Shown one piece after another: positions 29,669 through 38,864 of a DNA stretch of 53,722 nt. The translations under genes and the position numbers were made by a program. The notes beneath the pieces were generated by a model. It was given only the letters and a program-made list of their open reading frames with translations. It was not told where the DNA came from and made no database searches. The stretch lies in IMG/VR virus record IMGVR_UViG_3300021411_000125, positions 1-53,722 of that record, one strand, 5' to 3'. Positions within the stretch are counted from its first letter, which is position 1. Each line of letters begins with the position of its first letter. The DNA is from a virus (taxonomy: Duplodnaviria; Caudoviricetes).

Positions 29669-29832
29669 TCATCCTCGGAGTTCTGTTGCTCCTGGTTCAC
29701 GCCTTGCTCCTGCCGCTCTACGTGTTCTACGTCCTCGGCTGGATCTTCGTCGTGGTCGGCCTGCTCCTGTTTTTGCTCGGAGTCGTCGGGCCCACTGACC
29801 GCTATGTCGGCGGCCGAAGGTACTGGTACTGA
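29665..29832 (+). CDS. Small membrane protein (DUF6131-like), missing from the ORF track
   Basis: Read by hand: MIILGVLLLLVH...LLGVVGPTDRYVGGRRYWY; ATGA/TGATG coupling on both sides. Confidence 0.75.
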   Translation: MIILGVLLLLVHALLLPLYVFYVLGWIFVVVGLLLFLLGVVGPTDRYVGGRRYWY

Positions 29833-29975
29833 TGACCGCCCCCACTCCGCCCAAGGACCCGAGGGGCTCCGTACCGGGTACCGCTTCGCGCCGCTCGGTG
29901 GGTAGGGCGACGCCGAAGGTTAAGCCGGCACAGCGGGGCGGGGGCGCCGCTCCGAAGCCCCCCGTGCAGGAATAG
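29832..29975 (+). CDS. Small Pro/Lys/Arg-rich hypothetical protein
   Basis: 47 aa, TGATG-coupled; fills the gap up to the next RBS. Confidence 0.45.
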   Translation: MTAPTPPKDPRGSVPGTASRRSVGRATPKVKPAQRGGGAAPKPPVQE

Positions 29976-29985
29976 GAGACTCGCG

Positions 29986-30798
29986 GTGACCCACGTGTTC
30001 GGATACGCCCGAGACGCGGAGACTGGTGTCCCGCTTCTCGGGCGTGAGGTCACCGCGAGTATCTATCCGCGCGGCGCCGCCAGCTTCCCGCCAATCTCCG
30101 GTGGCATTGACACGCTCATTACCGGCGCCGACGGCCGTACCGACGGTTACTGGGAACTGGTGCTGCCGTCCACGGCCGGCTCCGGCGCGGTGATGCGGAT
30201 CCGTGAATGGCTCAACCGAACGCTGTATGTCGATATCCCGGAGTTGGGCAGCGACCCAACACCGATCGACGCCGAGACGATCCAGGTCAACCCAGATGAC
30301 GGCAACCCGCTACCGCCGGAGCAGGCGAGCCTGTTTCTGACGCGCGCGGAACTCGGCCAGGTCTCCGGTGTCGCTCAACTCGACTCCGGCGGAAAGATCC
30401 CGCTGTCACAGCTGCCGGTCATCGAGGGTACCGACGGACAGCTGTTGCTTTCCCGCGTTGCTGGTGAAGATCTCGGCGGGCATCGCGTGGTGACGTTGTC
30501 GGAGTCGAACACGATCGTCTACGCGAGCAACGACAACTCAGGTCAGGTCGAAGCACCCCTTTGGCTGACGCTTGGCGCCATCGGAGTCGGCGCGACGGAC
30601 TCGGTACTCGCCTACGGGCCGATCACCGAACCGTCTTGGAGCTGGAACCCCGGACCGGTTTATCTCGGTACCGACGGCCTCCTGACCCAGGACTCACCCG
30701 AGCCCCCCGCGCTGTTCAACGTTCAGGTCGGGTTCGCTACCAGCTCGACCCGGGTCGTCTTCGACCGCCGAGTCTCACTAGCCCTCATTCAGGAGTAG
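29986..30798 (+). CDS. Putative virion fibre-associated protein
   Basis: AGGAG RBS; GVAQLD..GK.P..QLP fibre motif; C-terminal AGE.LGGHRVV...W.W..GPVYLG..G.LTQ domain. Confidence 0.65.
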   Translation: MTHVFGYARDAETGVPLLGREVTASIYPRGAASFPPISGGIDTLITGADGRTDGYWELVLPSTAGSGAVMRIREWLNRTLYVDIPELGSDPTPIDAETIQVNPDDGNPLPPEQASLFLTRAELGQVSGVAQLDSGGKIPLSQLPVIEGTDGQLLLSRVAGEDLGGHRVVTLSESNTIVYASNDNSGQVEAPLWLTLGAIGVGATDSVLAYGPITEPSWSWNPGPVYLGTDGLLTQDSPEPPALFNVQVGFATSSTRVVFDRRVSLALIQE

Positions 30799-30804
30799 AC
30801 CACC

Positions 30805-31305
30805 ATGGCCAAGTACTTGACCAACAGCTCAGGCACCGTCACCGAAGTAGCCACACTCGTTACCTCGGCCGGTGCTGGTGACTCCGGCAAGATCCCCTCG
30901 TTGGACGCCGCCGGGCATCTGGACACTTCGTTCATGCCGACTGGTATCGGCGCCGACACCGCCGCGATCACCGCCTCCGAGGCGCTGGCTGCCGGTGACC
31001 TAGTCAGCATCTGGAACTCGACCGGCGCCAAGGTCCGCAAGGCCGATGCCAGCACCGCCGGAAAGGAAGCGCACGGCTTCGTCCTCTCCTCGGTGTCCAG
31101 CTCCGGTACCGCGACCGTCTACTTCGAAGGCTCCAACACGGGAGTCACTTCCCTGACCCCGGGCGTGCAGTACCTGTCGACCACGCCGGGCATCGCATCC
31201 GCCACCGCGCCGTCCGGTTCGGGCAACGTCGTGCAGCGGGTCGGGTTCGCCACCGCCGCAGCCGCGCTGAACTTCGACGCCGGCACCCCGATCGTTCTCG
31301 CCTGA
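30805..31305 (+). CDS. Conserved phage structural protein (cement/DUF2190-like fold suspected)
   Basis: SAGA.D.GKIP.LD..G.LD, ASEALAAGDLV, G..YLSTTPG, VVQRVG; AGGAG RBS. Confidence 0.65.
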   Translation: MAKYLTNSSGTVTEVATLVTSAGAGDSGKIPSLDAAGHLDTSFMPTGIGADTAAITASEALAAGDLVSIWNSTGAKVRKADASTAGKEAHGFVLSSVSSSGTATVYFEGSNTGVTSLTPGVQYLSTTPGIASATAPSGSGNVVQRVGFATAAAALNFDAGTPIVLA

Positions 31306-33017
31306 TGGCAACCCGCCGGCCCCTCGCCGTGGTCAGCGGGGCTGTTTCTGAGGTCCCGTCCGGCGACACCGTCGACCCCGCCGCGTTGCCCACGTTTGTT
31401 GCGTCGATCAGCAACGACGAAGGCTCGATCACCATAGACAGCCTCGGCAGCGGGGCGTTCAACGTCAAGGTCGCGGCGGTCATCTTCTCCAACCTCACCT
31501 CGTTGCTCGCGGGGAAGCAGGACATTGACGCTGATCTCACCGACATCGCTGGGTTGTCAGCGACCGACGGTGACTTCCTGCGCCGGGTCTCCGGGCACTG
31601 GGCCAACATCACCACCGCCGCGCTGAAGACGGCACTAGCTCTTGCCAAAGCGGACGTCGGGTTAGGCAACGTCGACAACACCTCGAACGCGACCGAGCGC
31701 GCGGCGGCAGCGACGCTGACTAACAAGACACTCACCTCTCCGGCCATCACGACTCCGACTGGCATCGTCAAGGGCGACGTGGGTCTCGGCAACGTCGACA
31801 ACACCAGCAACGTCACTGAGCGCGCGGCGTCGGCGACCTTGACTAACAAGACGCTGACCAGTCCGGTGATCAACACTCCGACGGGCATCGTGGCCAGTGA
31901 CGTCGGTGCTCAGCCGGTTGACTCGGACTTGACTGCTTTCGCGGCGATCAGCCCGAGCAACGACGACATCGTGCAGCGCAAAGCCGGAGCTTGGATTAAC
32001 CGCACCGTCGCTCAGCTGGCTACTGATCTCGCGCTCGCCGCGACGTATCAGCCGCTGGACGCCGACCTCACCGACCTCGCGGGGCTGACCTACACCGACG
32101 GAGACTTCGTCCGCAGGGTGTCGGGCCACTTCGCCACCATCACTACGGCGGCACTGAAGACCGCGCTGAGCCTGACCGCGACCGACGTCGGCCTGGGTAA
32201 CGTCAATAACACCTCGAACGTCACCGAGCGAGCCGCCGCCGCGACGTTGACCAACAAGACGCTCACTTCACCGGTGATCAGTACTCCGACCGGAATCGTC
32301 AAAGGTGACGTCGGCCTAGGCAACGTCGACAACACCTCGAATACGACGGAGCGGGCAGCAGCTGCCACGCTGACCAACAAGACGCTGACTAGTCCGGTGA
32401 TCAACACCCCGACCGGTATCACCGCCAGCGACGTCGGAGCTCAGCCGGTTGACTCGGATTTGACGGCCTTCGCCGCGCTGACTCCGACCAACGACGACGT
32501 CGTGCAGCGCAAGGCTGGCGCCTGGGTTAACCGCACCATCGCTCAGCTGCTGACCGACCTTGGTCTGGCGGCGCTGTATCAGCCGCTCGCTAGCAAGCTG
32601 ACCGACATCGCGGCGCTGACCGCCACGTCGGGCAACATCGTCACCGGTAACGGCACCACGTGGACCTCAGCGGCTCCGGCGGTACCGGCATGGTCTACGA
32701 AGGTCGAGACGATTGCCGACTCCTCTTCGCTGACCGGCGACTCACTGTCGGGCGCGATCCAGGTCGGGGTGTGCACCGCACTCACGCAGGCGGCCACGGT
32801 CAACCCACCGAGCAACGGCTACGTCGGCGCCGTGTACCGCTACATCATCACCGCGTCCGGTGGCGCTCGAGTGGTTACACCATCCGGGTTCGCCGCATCG
32901 ACTGACAACGGTAGCGGCGCGGCGGTCAGCGTCCCGTCCGGCAAGACCATCTCGATCTTCTCTCAGTACATCGGATCGAGTGGTTGGTTGTACGGCGGCT
33001 ACGAGTTGCTGGTCTGA
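31305..33017 (+). CDS. Tail fibre protein with nested repeats
   Basis: Four DVGLGNV(D/N)NTS / TLTNKTLTSP units within a 177-aa duplication. Confidence 0.82.
   Translation: MATRRPLAVVSGAVSEVPSGDTVDPAALPTFVASISNDEGSITIDSLGSGAFNVKVAAVIFSNLTSLLAGKQDIDADLTDIAGLSATDGDFLRRVSGHWANITTAALKTALALAKADVGLGNVDNTSNATERAAAATLTNKTLTSPAITTPTGIVKGDVGLGNVDNTSNVTERAASATLTNKTLTSPVINTPTGIVASDVGAQPVDSDLTAFAAISPSNDDIVQRKAGAWINRTVAQLATDLALAATYQPLDADLTDLAGLTYTDGDFVRRVSGHFATITTAALKTALSLTATDVGLGNVNNTSNVTERAAAATLTNKTLTSPVISTPTGIVKGDVGLGNVDNTSNTTERAAAATLTNKTLTSPVINTPTGITASDVGAQPVDSDLTAFAALTPTNDDVVQRKAGAWVNRTIAQLLTDLGLAALYQPLASKLTDIAALTATSGNIVTGNGTTWTSAAPAVPAWSTKVETIADSSSLTGDSLSGAIQVGVCTALTQAATVNPPSNGYVGAVYRYIITASGGARVVTPSGFAASTDNGSGAAVSVPSGKTISIFSQYIGSSGWLYGGYELLV
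31518..32620 (+). repeat. 531-bp (177-aa) coding tandem duplication
   Basis: Unit starts at 31518 and 32049, with a partial unit at 32580. Confidence 0.85.
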
Positions 33018-33020
33018 CCG

Positions 33021-34667
33021 ATGGGATTCGTAGCGGATATCCTCGGCTTCGGCAACGCGGCGGGCCCCCATTTCGATTTCGACTACTCAACCGCGACCGG
33101 CGCCGGCATCACCAACCTCACGCAGGCACAGCTCGCATCGAGCGCTGGCGTCGCCAGCATCATCTATGCCTCGGCGGATGCTCAGTCGGTTGTGCTGCGC
33201 TCTGATGTGGACGTCGACCCGATCGCCGCCAACGGCTACCCCCGCTCGGAGTGGCGGGAGAAGGGCACCAACGGCACCACTGATCGGGCGTTCACCGACA
33301 CCACCGGCGACCACATGGTCGAAGTGTTGGTCCTGCCGATGCATCTGCCGCCGATCAAGCCCGCGTTCGTGGTGCTGCAAGAGCATGACAGCGCGCAGGA
33401 TCTCCTCGAAATCGTGGTACAGGGCCGCTCCGACTACGCGACCTCCGGCAAGCTCGAAGTCGCGCTGAAGGTCGCGGTCGGCGGGTCCAGCAGCAGCGCC
33501 GGCATCCCCCGGTTCATCGCCGACTACGGCACACTCGCCGAGCTGATCACCAAACCGAAGTGGCTGAACGCCAAGATCCGCACCGGCTTGATCAACGGGG
33601 GAGCGGCTGGGTGGTCCGCGTCCTGCGCCGGCGTCACGATCAACAGCTGGGACGCCGGCATCCCGACCAGGGACGCGTCGGTCAGCAACACCTGCTACTA
33701 CAAGACCGGCATGTACCTCCAGACCAAGTGGACCGGTTCAGGCACCGGTGGTCTGGAGACCGACCGCAACGAGTACGGCGAAGCGGCCTGGCGCAGCATC
33801 AAGGTCACCCACAACGGCGAGTCGCTTCCGTTCATCCCGGTCACCGGCTCACGCGCCGAAGACACCATCAGCAACGTGAGGTGGGGCGCCAAGGCCGAGG
33901 GCGTCAACTCCGCGACGCCGACCGTTCTGACCCTCACTCCGGCACTTCCGGCCAGCCTCGTCAAGGACGACATGGTCTACGTTGTTGCCCGCACCCGGAG
34001 GACATCTCCGTCTACCGGAGTTGTGTCTAGTCCCGCTATCGAGTCCGTATCCCCGACGTGGAACCGGCTCTTGACTAGCAGCGGCGGGGAGTTCGCCAGT
34101 GGCGCTTTTGGCACCGACTTGACCAGCCACTCGCAGCGGATGCGGATCTGGTGTCGGCCGTGGTTCTCCGGAATGGCCGCACCCGCCCTGACCTTTACAT
34201 CGGGGGTCCCCGAAGACATCATGTCCGCGCAGTGCTTTGCCATCTACGGCGGCAAGCTCGGAGCTGTCGCTGAAGTCGTTGACCAGGTCCCGGCGAACTT
34301 CAACTACGGCGCGAGCAGTACCACGATCCTCGGCCCCACCGCCGCGCTACCGGCTGATGCTGAAGCTGGTTCGCTCGCTCTTGCGCTGCTGGCCAACGAG
34401 TTCAACGTGACCAGCGGCGCGGCGACCACGGTCTCCGGAGACGGGTTGACCTGGGTCGAGGGTGGTGAAGGCATCGGGACCACCATCGCTTTCCAGGCAT
34501 GGGCCAACGACCACGCCATCGTGCCGGGAACTGCCGGTCAGGCCATCACCGCCAAGCAGTCCGCGAACACGGCGCACACCACGGGCAAGTCGGCGTCCGT
34601 GTTGATGACGCTGAAGCGGGCCAAGAAGCGCCGTCACCACAACCGAGTCCCCACTTCGACCGGATGA
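33021..34667 (+). CDS. Polysaccharide lyase family 7 (alginate lyase-like) domain protein, putative depolymerase
   Basis: YPRSEWRE, VVLQEHD and YYKTGMYLQ match the PL7 RxELRE / QIH / YFKAGxYxQ motifs in order; beta-rich C-terminal half. Confidence 0.75.
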   Translation: MGFVADILGFGNAAGPHFDFDYSTATGAGITNLTQAQLASSAGVASIIYASADAQSVVLRSDVDVDPIAANGYPRSEWREKGTNGTTDRAFTDTTGDHMVEVLVLPMHLPPIKPAFVVLQEHDSAQDLLEIVVQGRSDYATSGKLEVALKVAVGGSSSSAGIPRFIADYGTLAELITKPKWLNAKIRTGLINGGAAGWSASCAGVTINSWDAGIPTRDASVSNTCYYKTGMYLQTKWTGSGTGGLETDRNEYGEAAWRSIKVTHNGESLPFIPVTGSRAEDTISNVRWGAKAEGVNSATPTVLTLTPALPASLVKDDMVYVVARTRRTSPSTGVVSSPAIESVSPTWNRLLTSSGGEFASGAFGTDLTSHSQRMRIWCRPWFSGMAAPALTFTSGVPEDIMSAQCFAIYGGKLGAVAEVVDQVPANFNYGASSTTILGPTAALPADAEAGSLALALLANEFNVTSGAATTVSGDGLTWVEGGEGIGTTIAFQAWANDHAIVPGTAGQAITAKQSANTAHTTGKSASVLMTLKRAKKRRHHNRVPTSTG

Positions 34668-34680
34668 CCGAGGAGACAGA

Positions 34681-35028
34681 GTGACGATCAAGTGGCACGA
34701 GGAACGAATCGAGCGGACTCAGTTCCCGGTTGACGCTGAAGGCGCCAAGGCAGCAACACCCTTCCTCCCGCTCCGATCTGAGAAGCTTCTTCGGGCTACA
34801 GGTATGTGGGTCCGAGTCTGGAGCTGGGCGAATTCTGTCCCGGGACACGCAGTGCCCGACTTCGCTGCCGCCTTCGACGTCTGGGGCATGAGTGAATTCG
34901 AGGGGCAGGAGAACGGCTACTCGAATTACCAGCTTATGGGCGGCCGGAGCGAGTACAGCGCACTGACGCAATTCCTGCCACTCTATTCATTGACCGTTCG
35001 TCGTCTACCAGCGGTATCACAGGTTTGA
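34681..35028 (+). CDS. Hypothetical protein
   Basis: GAGGAG RBS before GTG; codon usage atypical. Confidence 0.45.
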   Translation: MTIKWHEERIERTQFPVDAEGAKAATPFLPLRSEKLLRATGMWVRVWSWANSVPGHAVPDFAAAFDVWGMSEFEGQENGYSNYQLMGGRSEYSALTQFLPLYSLTVRRLPAVSQV

Positions 35029-35030
35029 TC

Positions 35031-35208
35031 TCGGTCGCTGAGCAAGTTAGCCCCGCCGCTCAGCGACCGAAGGTTGTGCTGGACAACCACAGCCGACACG
35101 CTAGTCGCAGCACCACCGGCCCAGACTTCGCCGGAAAGCGAGCGGTAGCCCAACATCTTGTCCGCTCCCCGCCGGTAGCCTCGCGGATTGCCGCCGCGCC
35201 GAGGCTGC
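35031..35208 (+). ncRNA. Candidate multi-hairpin structured RNA
   Basis: Consecutive stems 35031-43/35058-70, 35072-78/35088-94, 35115-20/35171-76 and 35175-83/35200-08; G-U pairs favour the + strand. Confidence 0.45.
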
Positions 35209-35212
35209 AACG

Positions 35213-35251
35213 AAGAAGCCCGTCACCCCATTCCGGGTGACGGGCTTCTTT
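35213..35251. terminator. Bidirectional intrinsic terminator
   Basis: AAGAAGCCCGTCACCC / GGGTGACGGGCTTCTT(T) between converging units. Confidence 0.88.
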
Positions 35252-35266
35252 GCGTTTCGAGGCAGA

Positions 35267-35437
35267 TCAGTCGCACTTCTCCGTGTGCGCGGTAGCTGCG
35301 GTGATCACAGCCGGTGAGTCATCGTGCCCGATCCGCCAGCCGATCGAGAGCAGAACCAGGCCAGCGGCTACGGCTGCCGCAACCCTGGCACCGGTGGTCG
35401 GGTGGACGACGGCCTCGGGTGCCCGGTGCCCCGCCAT
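35267..35437 (-). CDS. Small single-TM protein
   Basis: ATG 35437 via TGATG overlap; one hydrophobic helix. Confidence 0.6.
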   Translation of the reverse strand: MAGHRAPEAVVHPTTGARVAAAVAAGLVLLSIGWRIGHDDSPAVITAATAHTEKCD

Positions 35438-35700
35438 CAGCGACAGCTGTTGATGCCGGGGTACCAGGATGCCGGGATAGCGGCGCCTCGCTGCATCTGG
35501 TAGTCGACGTAGGAGAACTGGTCGTAGGGGACGTTGTTCTCCAACCAGCGAACCAAGCACTCGCAGTAGGAAGCCGGACCGCCGCCTTGTTCACAGGCAC
35601 CGGTCGCTACAAGCTTCACACTCTCGGGGTAGGAATACCGAGTAGCGCAGCCGGTGATCGGCAAGGCGAGCAGTACGGTGGCCAGGATCAGGGCCCTCAT
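35437..35700 (-). CDS. Small Cys-rich lipoprotein
   Basis: Lipobox ITGC; C...YCEC...C. Confidence 0.7.
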   Translation of the reverse strand: MRALILATVLLALPITGCATRYSYPESVKLVATGACEQGGGPASYCECLVRWLENNVPYDQFSYVDYQMQRGAAIPASWYPGINSCR

Positions 35701-35981
35701 CAGTGGTGGCCAGCCGCCGCGCCGATCGCGCTGAAGAGCCAGAACAGCGACCAGAATGAGCAGCCGATGATGCTGAAGATCAGCCCCACGGTGCCGAGCG
35801 CGTGCTGCTTGAGGCCGACCTTCTTCGCCTCGTCGCGGCCGAGCAGCGCGAAGATCAGGCCGAGAATCGAGACCGGCGACAGCGCGCCGAAGATGAAGCC
35901 AAGGATGTCCTGCCAGGAAACCTCGGCGTGGGTACGTAGCGCGTAGATGGGCGCGGGATTGATCGGAAACTGCTCAGTCAC
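35700..35981 (-). CDS. Two-TM membrane protein (DUF4190-like)
   Basis: SILGLIFALLG...G....GLIFSIIG pattern. Confidence 0.7.
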   Translation of the reverse strand: MTEQFPINPAPIYALRTHAEVSWQDILGFIFGALSPVSILGLIFALLGRDEAKKVGLKQHALGTVGLIFSIIGCSFWSLFWLFSAIGAAAGHH

Positions 35982-36027
35982 GGGAGTCTCTTTCGTTGGG
36001 CGAGAGTGGTTCGTTCCACTACTACTA

Positions 36028-36044
36028 TGCCACAGATTGAGGCA
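36028..36044. promoter_or_regulatory. Palindromic motif TGCCACA-GAT-TGAGGCA overlapping a - strand -10
   Basis: On the - strand reads GCCTCAATCTGTGGCATAGT, upstream of the 35981 operon. Confidence 0.7.
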
Positions 36045-36167
36045 CTCTGACTACGGGTCACCCAACCGAGTGGGGAGATCTGGGAACTTCACCCCTTTTC
36101 CGGGGTGAGGTTGGCCGGCACCGGGAGCTCAGCCAGCTTGATCTTCGGCAGTTTCGTCTTCGGCCGC

Positions 36168-36788
36168 TCAGTCACCCGTTGCCTTCTTCCAAGAAGCCAT
36201 CGAGCCGATCTTGACGCACACCCAACCGCGCATGATGAACCACTCGTGCACGTTGCCGCAGCGACAGCGACGCTTCTCGCCCGGTCGCGGGTACGGCCAC
36301 ACCATCTCGAGGCAGTCGTGTGGCTTCATGACCGCATGCACCTCGGCGCAATACAGCTGAGCGCGCACTGCTCTTCACTGCGCGAGCACGCAAGCACCTG
36401 GTCGCCGCTACGGACGACCGTCGGGAACGGCACCACGGCCCGCATGATGAACGCCGCCAGCCACGAGTAGTAGCGCTGCGCCATGGCCGGCTCCGGCAAC
36501 TGAGTGATCACGGCTTCTCCTTGGCGAGTCTCAGGGCTGTCAGATATAGCCACGCCGCCGCCGCGTAAGAGGAGCAGTAGATCTCCTCAGACCCGAGAGT
36601 GAACAGCCACATCCCGTCCTTGCGAATGATCTTCACGCGGGGAGTTCCTTTGTGGTGCGGACCCGGGCGACACTTCGCCGCACGACGAGTCGGGTTGTCT
36701 TCACGGTCACGATCGCGGCGAACATCCAGATACCGGCGATCAACGACAGCGCGATCTTGACGTCAGTCGGGTCTTCCTTCATCGACAT
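36168..36788 (-). other. Run of four small coupled ORFs (36633-36788, 36508-36636, 36326-36511, 36168-~36329)
   Basis: Translated by hand; successive GTGA/ATGA overlaps; the first has a TM, the last is Cys/His-rich. Confidence 0.5.
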
Positions 36789-36999
36789 GGCTTTCTACTT
36801 CCCTGGGCGGGGTGGACAGCTGTGCGCGGAGCTTCGTCATCGACCACCGGAACTGACCGCGCGGGCCGGGGGTCTTGAACTCGTACTTCACCTTGCCATC
36901 GCGCTGCCAGGTGAGCAGCGTCTTGCGGGTGACGCCGAGCTTCGCAGCGGCAACTCCGGTTCGTACGATGTCACTGTCAGTCACTAGGTCATCTCTCAT
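36763..36999 (-). CDS. MerR-like winged HTH protein (excisionase/BldC-like)
   Basis: RTGVAAAKLGVTRKTLLTWQRDGKV....TPG..GQFRW. Confidence 0.8.
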   Translation of the reverse strand: MRDDLVTDSDIVRTGVAAAKLGVTRKTLLTWQRDGKVKYEFKTPGPRGQFRWSMTKLRAQLSTPPREVESHVDEGRPD

Positions 37000-37074
37000 T
37001 GTGGGGCTTAAACTACCGCAGATGGTATCAGTTAGCTACACTAGACGGACACCCACCCGCGACTGGGAGCCGAC

Positions 37075-37323
37075 GTGGCCACGCCCAAGATCAGCAACGA
37101 CCGACGCGCCATGCTGCGCATTGCCAACCACCTCATTACCGCAGCTGGAAGGCTGTACGTGACCCAGAATGGCGAGCCACTGACCCCCGCGCAGGAGGAC
37201 GGCAACGACTTCGCCGAGGACATGATGTTCTTCGCCAACGAGACCCGGGAGCGCTTCGGCAAGGAGCCACTACCACTACGCAACACCGCCGTCGGCACCC
37301 AGAAGAAGGACGACTGGACGTGA
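37075..37323 (+). CDS. Hypothetical protein (first gene of the + strand island)
   Basis: GGGAG RBS; TACACT -10-like hexamer at 37037; high GC3. Confidence 0.7.
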   Translation: MATPKISNDRRAMLRIANHLITAAGRLYVTQNGEPLTPAQEDGNDFAEDMMFFANETRERFGKEPLPLRNTAVGTQKKDDWT

Positions 37324-37643
37324 CGTCGCCCGGAGGTGGTGACGCTACGAAGTCGTCTGATGACAAGATGACGCCGATGCGTCGGATGATGTGGGGCGCC
37401 GCCACGATCCACGTTCTCTCCGGTCTCGCCGCGACGATCGTCTACATGGGTGGTGGCTTCTTCTCCGACGGGTTCCGGGGTCTCGCGGTGCTCGCGATTG
37501 TCGGTGGCTTCTGGACGATCTGGGCGAAGAACGAAGACCAGCAAGACCGCGACGCGTGGCTGTTCCGGATGCCGACGCAGCAGAACTCCGGCCCGAAGAC
37601 TTTCTCAGACTTCCGCGACGACACCCGAGGACCCCGCGCATGA
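37320..37643 (+). CDS. Two-TM membrane protein
   Basis: GTGA overlap; two hydrophobic segments. Confidence 0.65.
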   Translation: MTSPGGGDATKSSDDKMTPMRRMMWGAATIHVLSGLAATIVYMGGGFFSDGFRGLAVLAIVGGFWTIWAKNEDQQDRDAWLFRMPTQQNSGPKTFSDFRDDTRGPRA

Positions 37644-37903
37644 GCAACGAGATCAACGTCGAGCTGCCGCCCGAACCCGCTCCTGGCTCCGTAGTACTCA
37701 CCGTTAAAGGCACCGCGTACCAGCGTGGCAGCGGCGCAGTGGCCCAGTTCTTCTGTGGCTTCGACTGCACCTGGACTCCGGCCGGCGGAACCGTCGCGTT
37801 GCCGTGGGTGTCTTTGGTCGCCTCTGGACCGTTGCTGGTGCTGACCAACGACGAGACCACTCACTGGCTGTGCGAGCAGGAGCGCAAGGGGTACGTGTCG
37901 TGA
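37640..37903 (+). CDS. Hypothetical protein
   Basis: ATGA overlap; LPPEP.PGSVV motif. Confidence 0.65.
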   Translation: MSNEINVELPPEPAPGSVVLTVKGTAYQRGSGAVAQFFCGFDCTWTPAGGTVALPWVSLVASGPLLVLTNDETTHWLCEQERKGYVS

Positions 37904-38085
37904 CGGCCTCGGTGCAACGTGCCGGACGGGTCTTCGAGCTCGACGTCGTCAACACCTTGACCGCCGAGCGACGACGCCGTGGTGAGCGACTACTCCGGCT
38001 GCTGGAAAACGCGGTTGATCACGGTTTCGAAATCTGGCTGCGTGACCCGAACACCGGAACAAGAGAGAGGGTGCATCTGCTGTGA
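37900..38085 (+). CDS. Hypothetical protein
   Basis: GTGA-coupled on both sides. Confidence 0.55.
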   Translation: MTASVQRAGRVFELDVVNTLTAERRRRGERLLRLLENAVDHGFEIWLRDPNTGTRERVHLL

Positions 38086-38342
38086 GCAGTGGAGACGAAG
38101 GCGTGACTTTCGGGCGGCGGCGCGGATGGCCGCCAATAACCGCTGAGGAACGGTTGCACCAGCGAGGCTACATCGTGCCCGGCATCAGCGGCTACGTCTA
38201 CCGGGCACCTGGCGCCGAGCAACTGGTCATGAACGAGCTGATCGGCATGGTCACCGAACGCCCGTTGAGCACGGAAGACGCCGTCGAGATCAGGGCGTCG
38301 GCGCGTCGCATCATCAGCTTGGTCCGCTACCACACGCCGTGA
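38082..38342 (+). CDS. Hypothetical protein
   Basis: Coupled ORF with typical codon usage. Confidence 0.6.
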   Translation: MSSGDEGVTFGRRRGWPPITAEERLHQRGYIVPGISGYVYRAPGAEQLVMNELIGMVTERPLSTEDAVEIRASARRIISLVRYHTP

Positions 38343-38372
38343 TCGTTCCGCTCTGAGGGGAGAATCGAAGTC

Positions 38373-38864
38373 ATGGGAGAGGTGCCGGATCGGTGGCCTC
38401 CGCTGCCCGGCACCCCGCTTCGTAAAGCGCTCGCCGAGGCGGTGTTTGAGCACGTCAAGAGTGGTGAGCTGACCTACCGGGAGATCGCTAACAAGCATAA
38501 GCTGAGCTCGACGTCGATCGTCACCAGGCTCTACCGCGAGGCGATCAAAGCGGGCTGGACAGAGGAGACCCGGGAAGAGGAACTCAGTCGTCTGGCGGCC
38601 TGGCACGAGCGGCTCGAAGAGGGTTTCGAGAGCGCGCTGTCCGCCGGTGACCACGCCGCGATCCCCGGGTTGGCGAAGGCCGCCGCCGAGATCTCCCGCG
38701 AGCTACGCAAGATCTACAACATCGACGTGACCCCGACGATCAAGATGCAGAACATCAATGCAGGTGGCTTGGACGCGCCGGCACCAGACCCGGCGGTAGG
38801 CCGCTGGGCGAAGCAGTACAAGGACTCCAACCTCTACCGGGAGAGAACCGATGGAAGCGATTGA
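38373..38864 (+). CDS. HTH protein resembling a terminase small subunit (second copy)
   Basis: GGGGAG RBS; LTYREIA HTH, REEELSRL, GD.AAI, R..RK...D.P pattern; upstream of the second TerL. Confidence 0.65.
   Translation: MGEVPDRWPPLPGTPLRKALAEAVFEHVKSGELTYREIANKHKLSSTSIVTRLYREAIKAGWTEETREEELSRLAAWHERLEEGFESALSAGDHAAIPGLAKAAAEISRELRKIYNIDVTPTIKMQNINAGGLDAPAPDPAVGRWAKQYKDSNLYRERTDGSD

Noticed and set aside
36763-37075. Integration cassette (integrase/attP) beside the Xis-like gene
   Set aside because: No tyrosine or serine recombinase ORF or att-like repeat was recognised, so lifestyle cannot be determined from this window.
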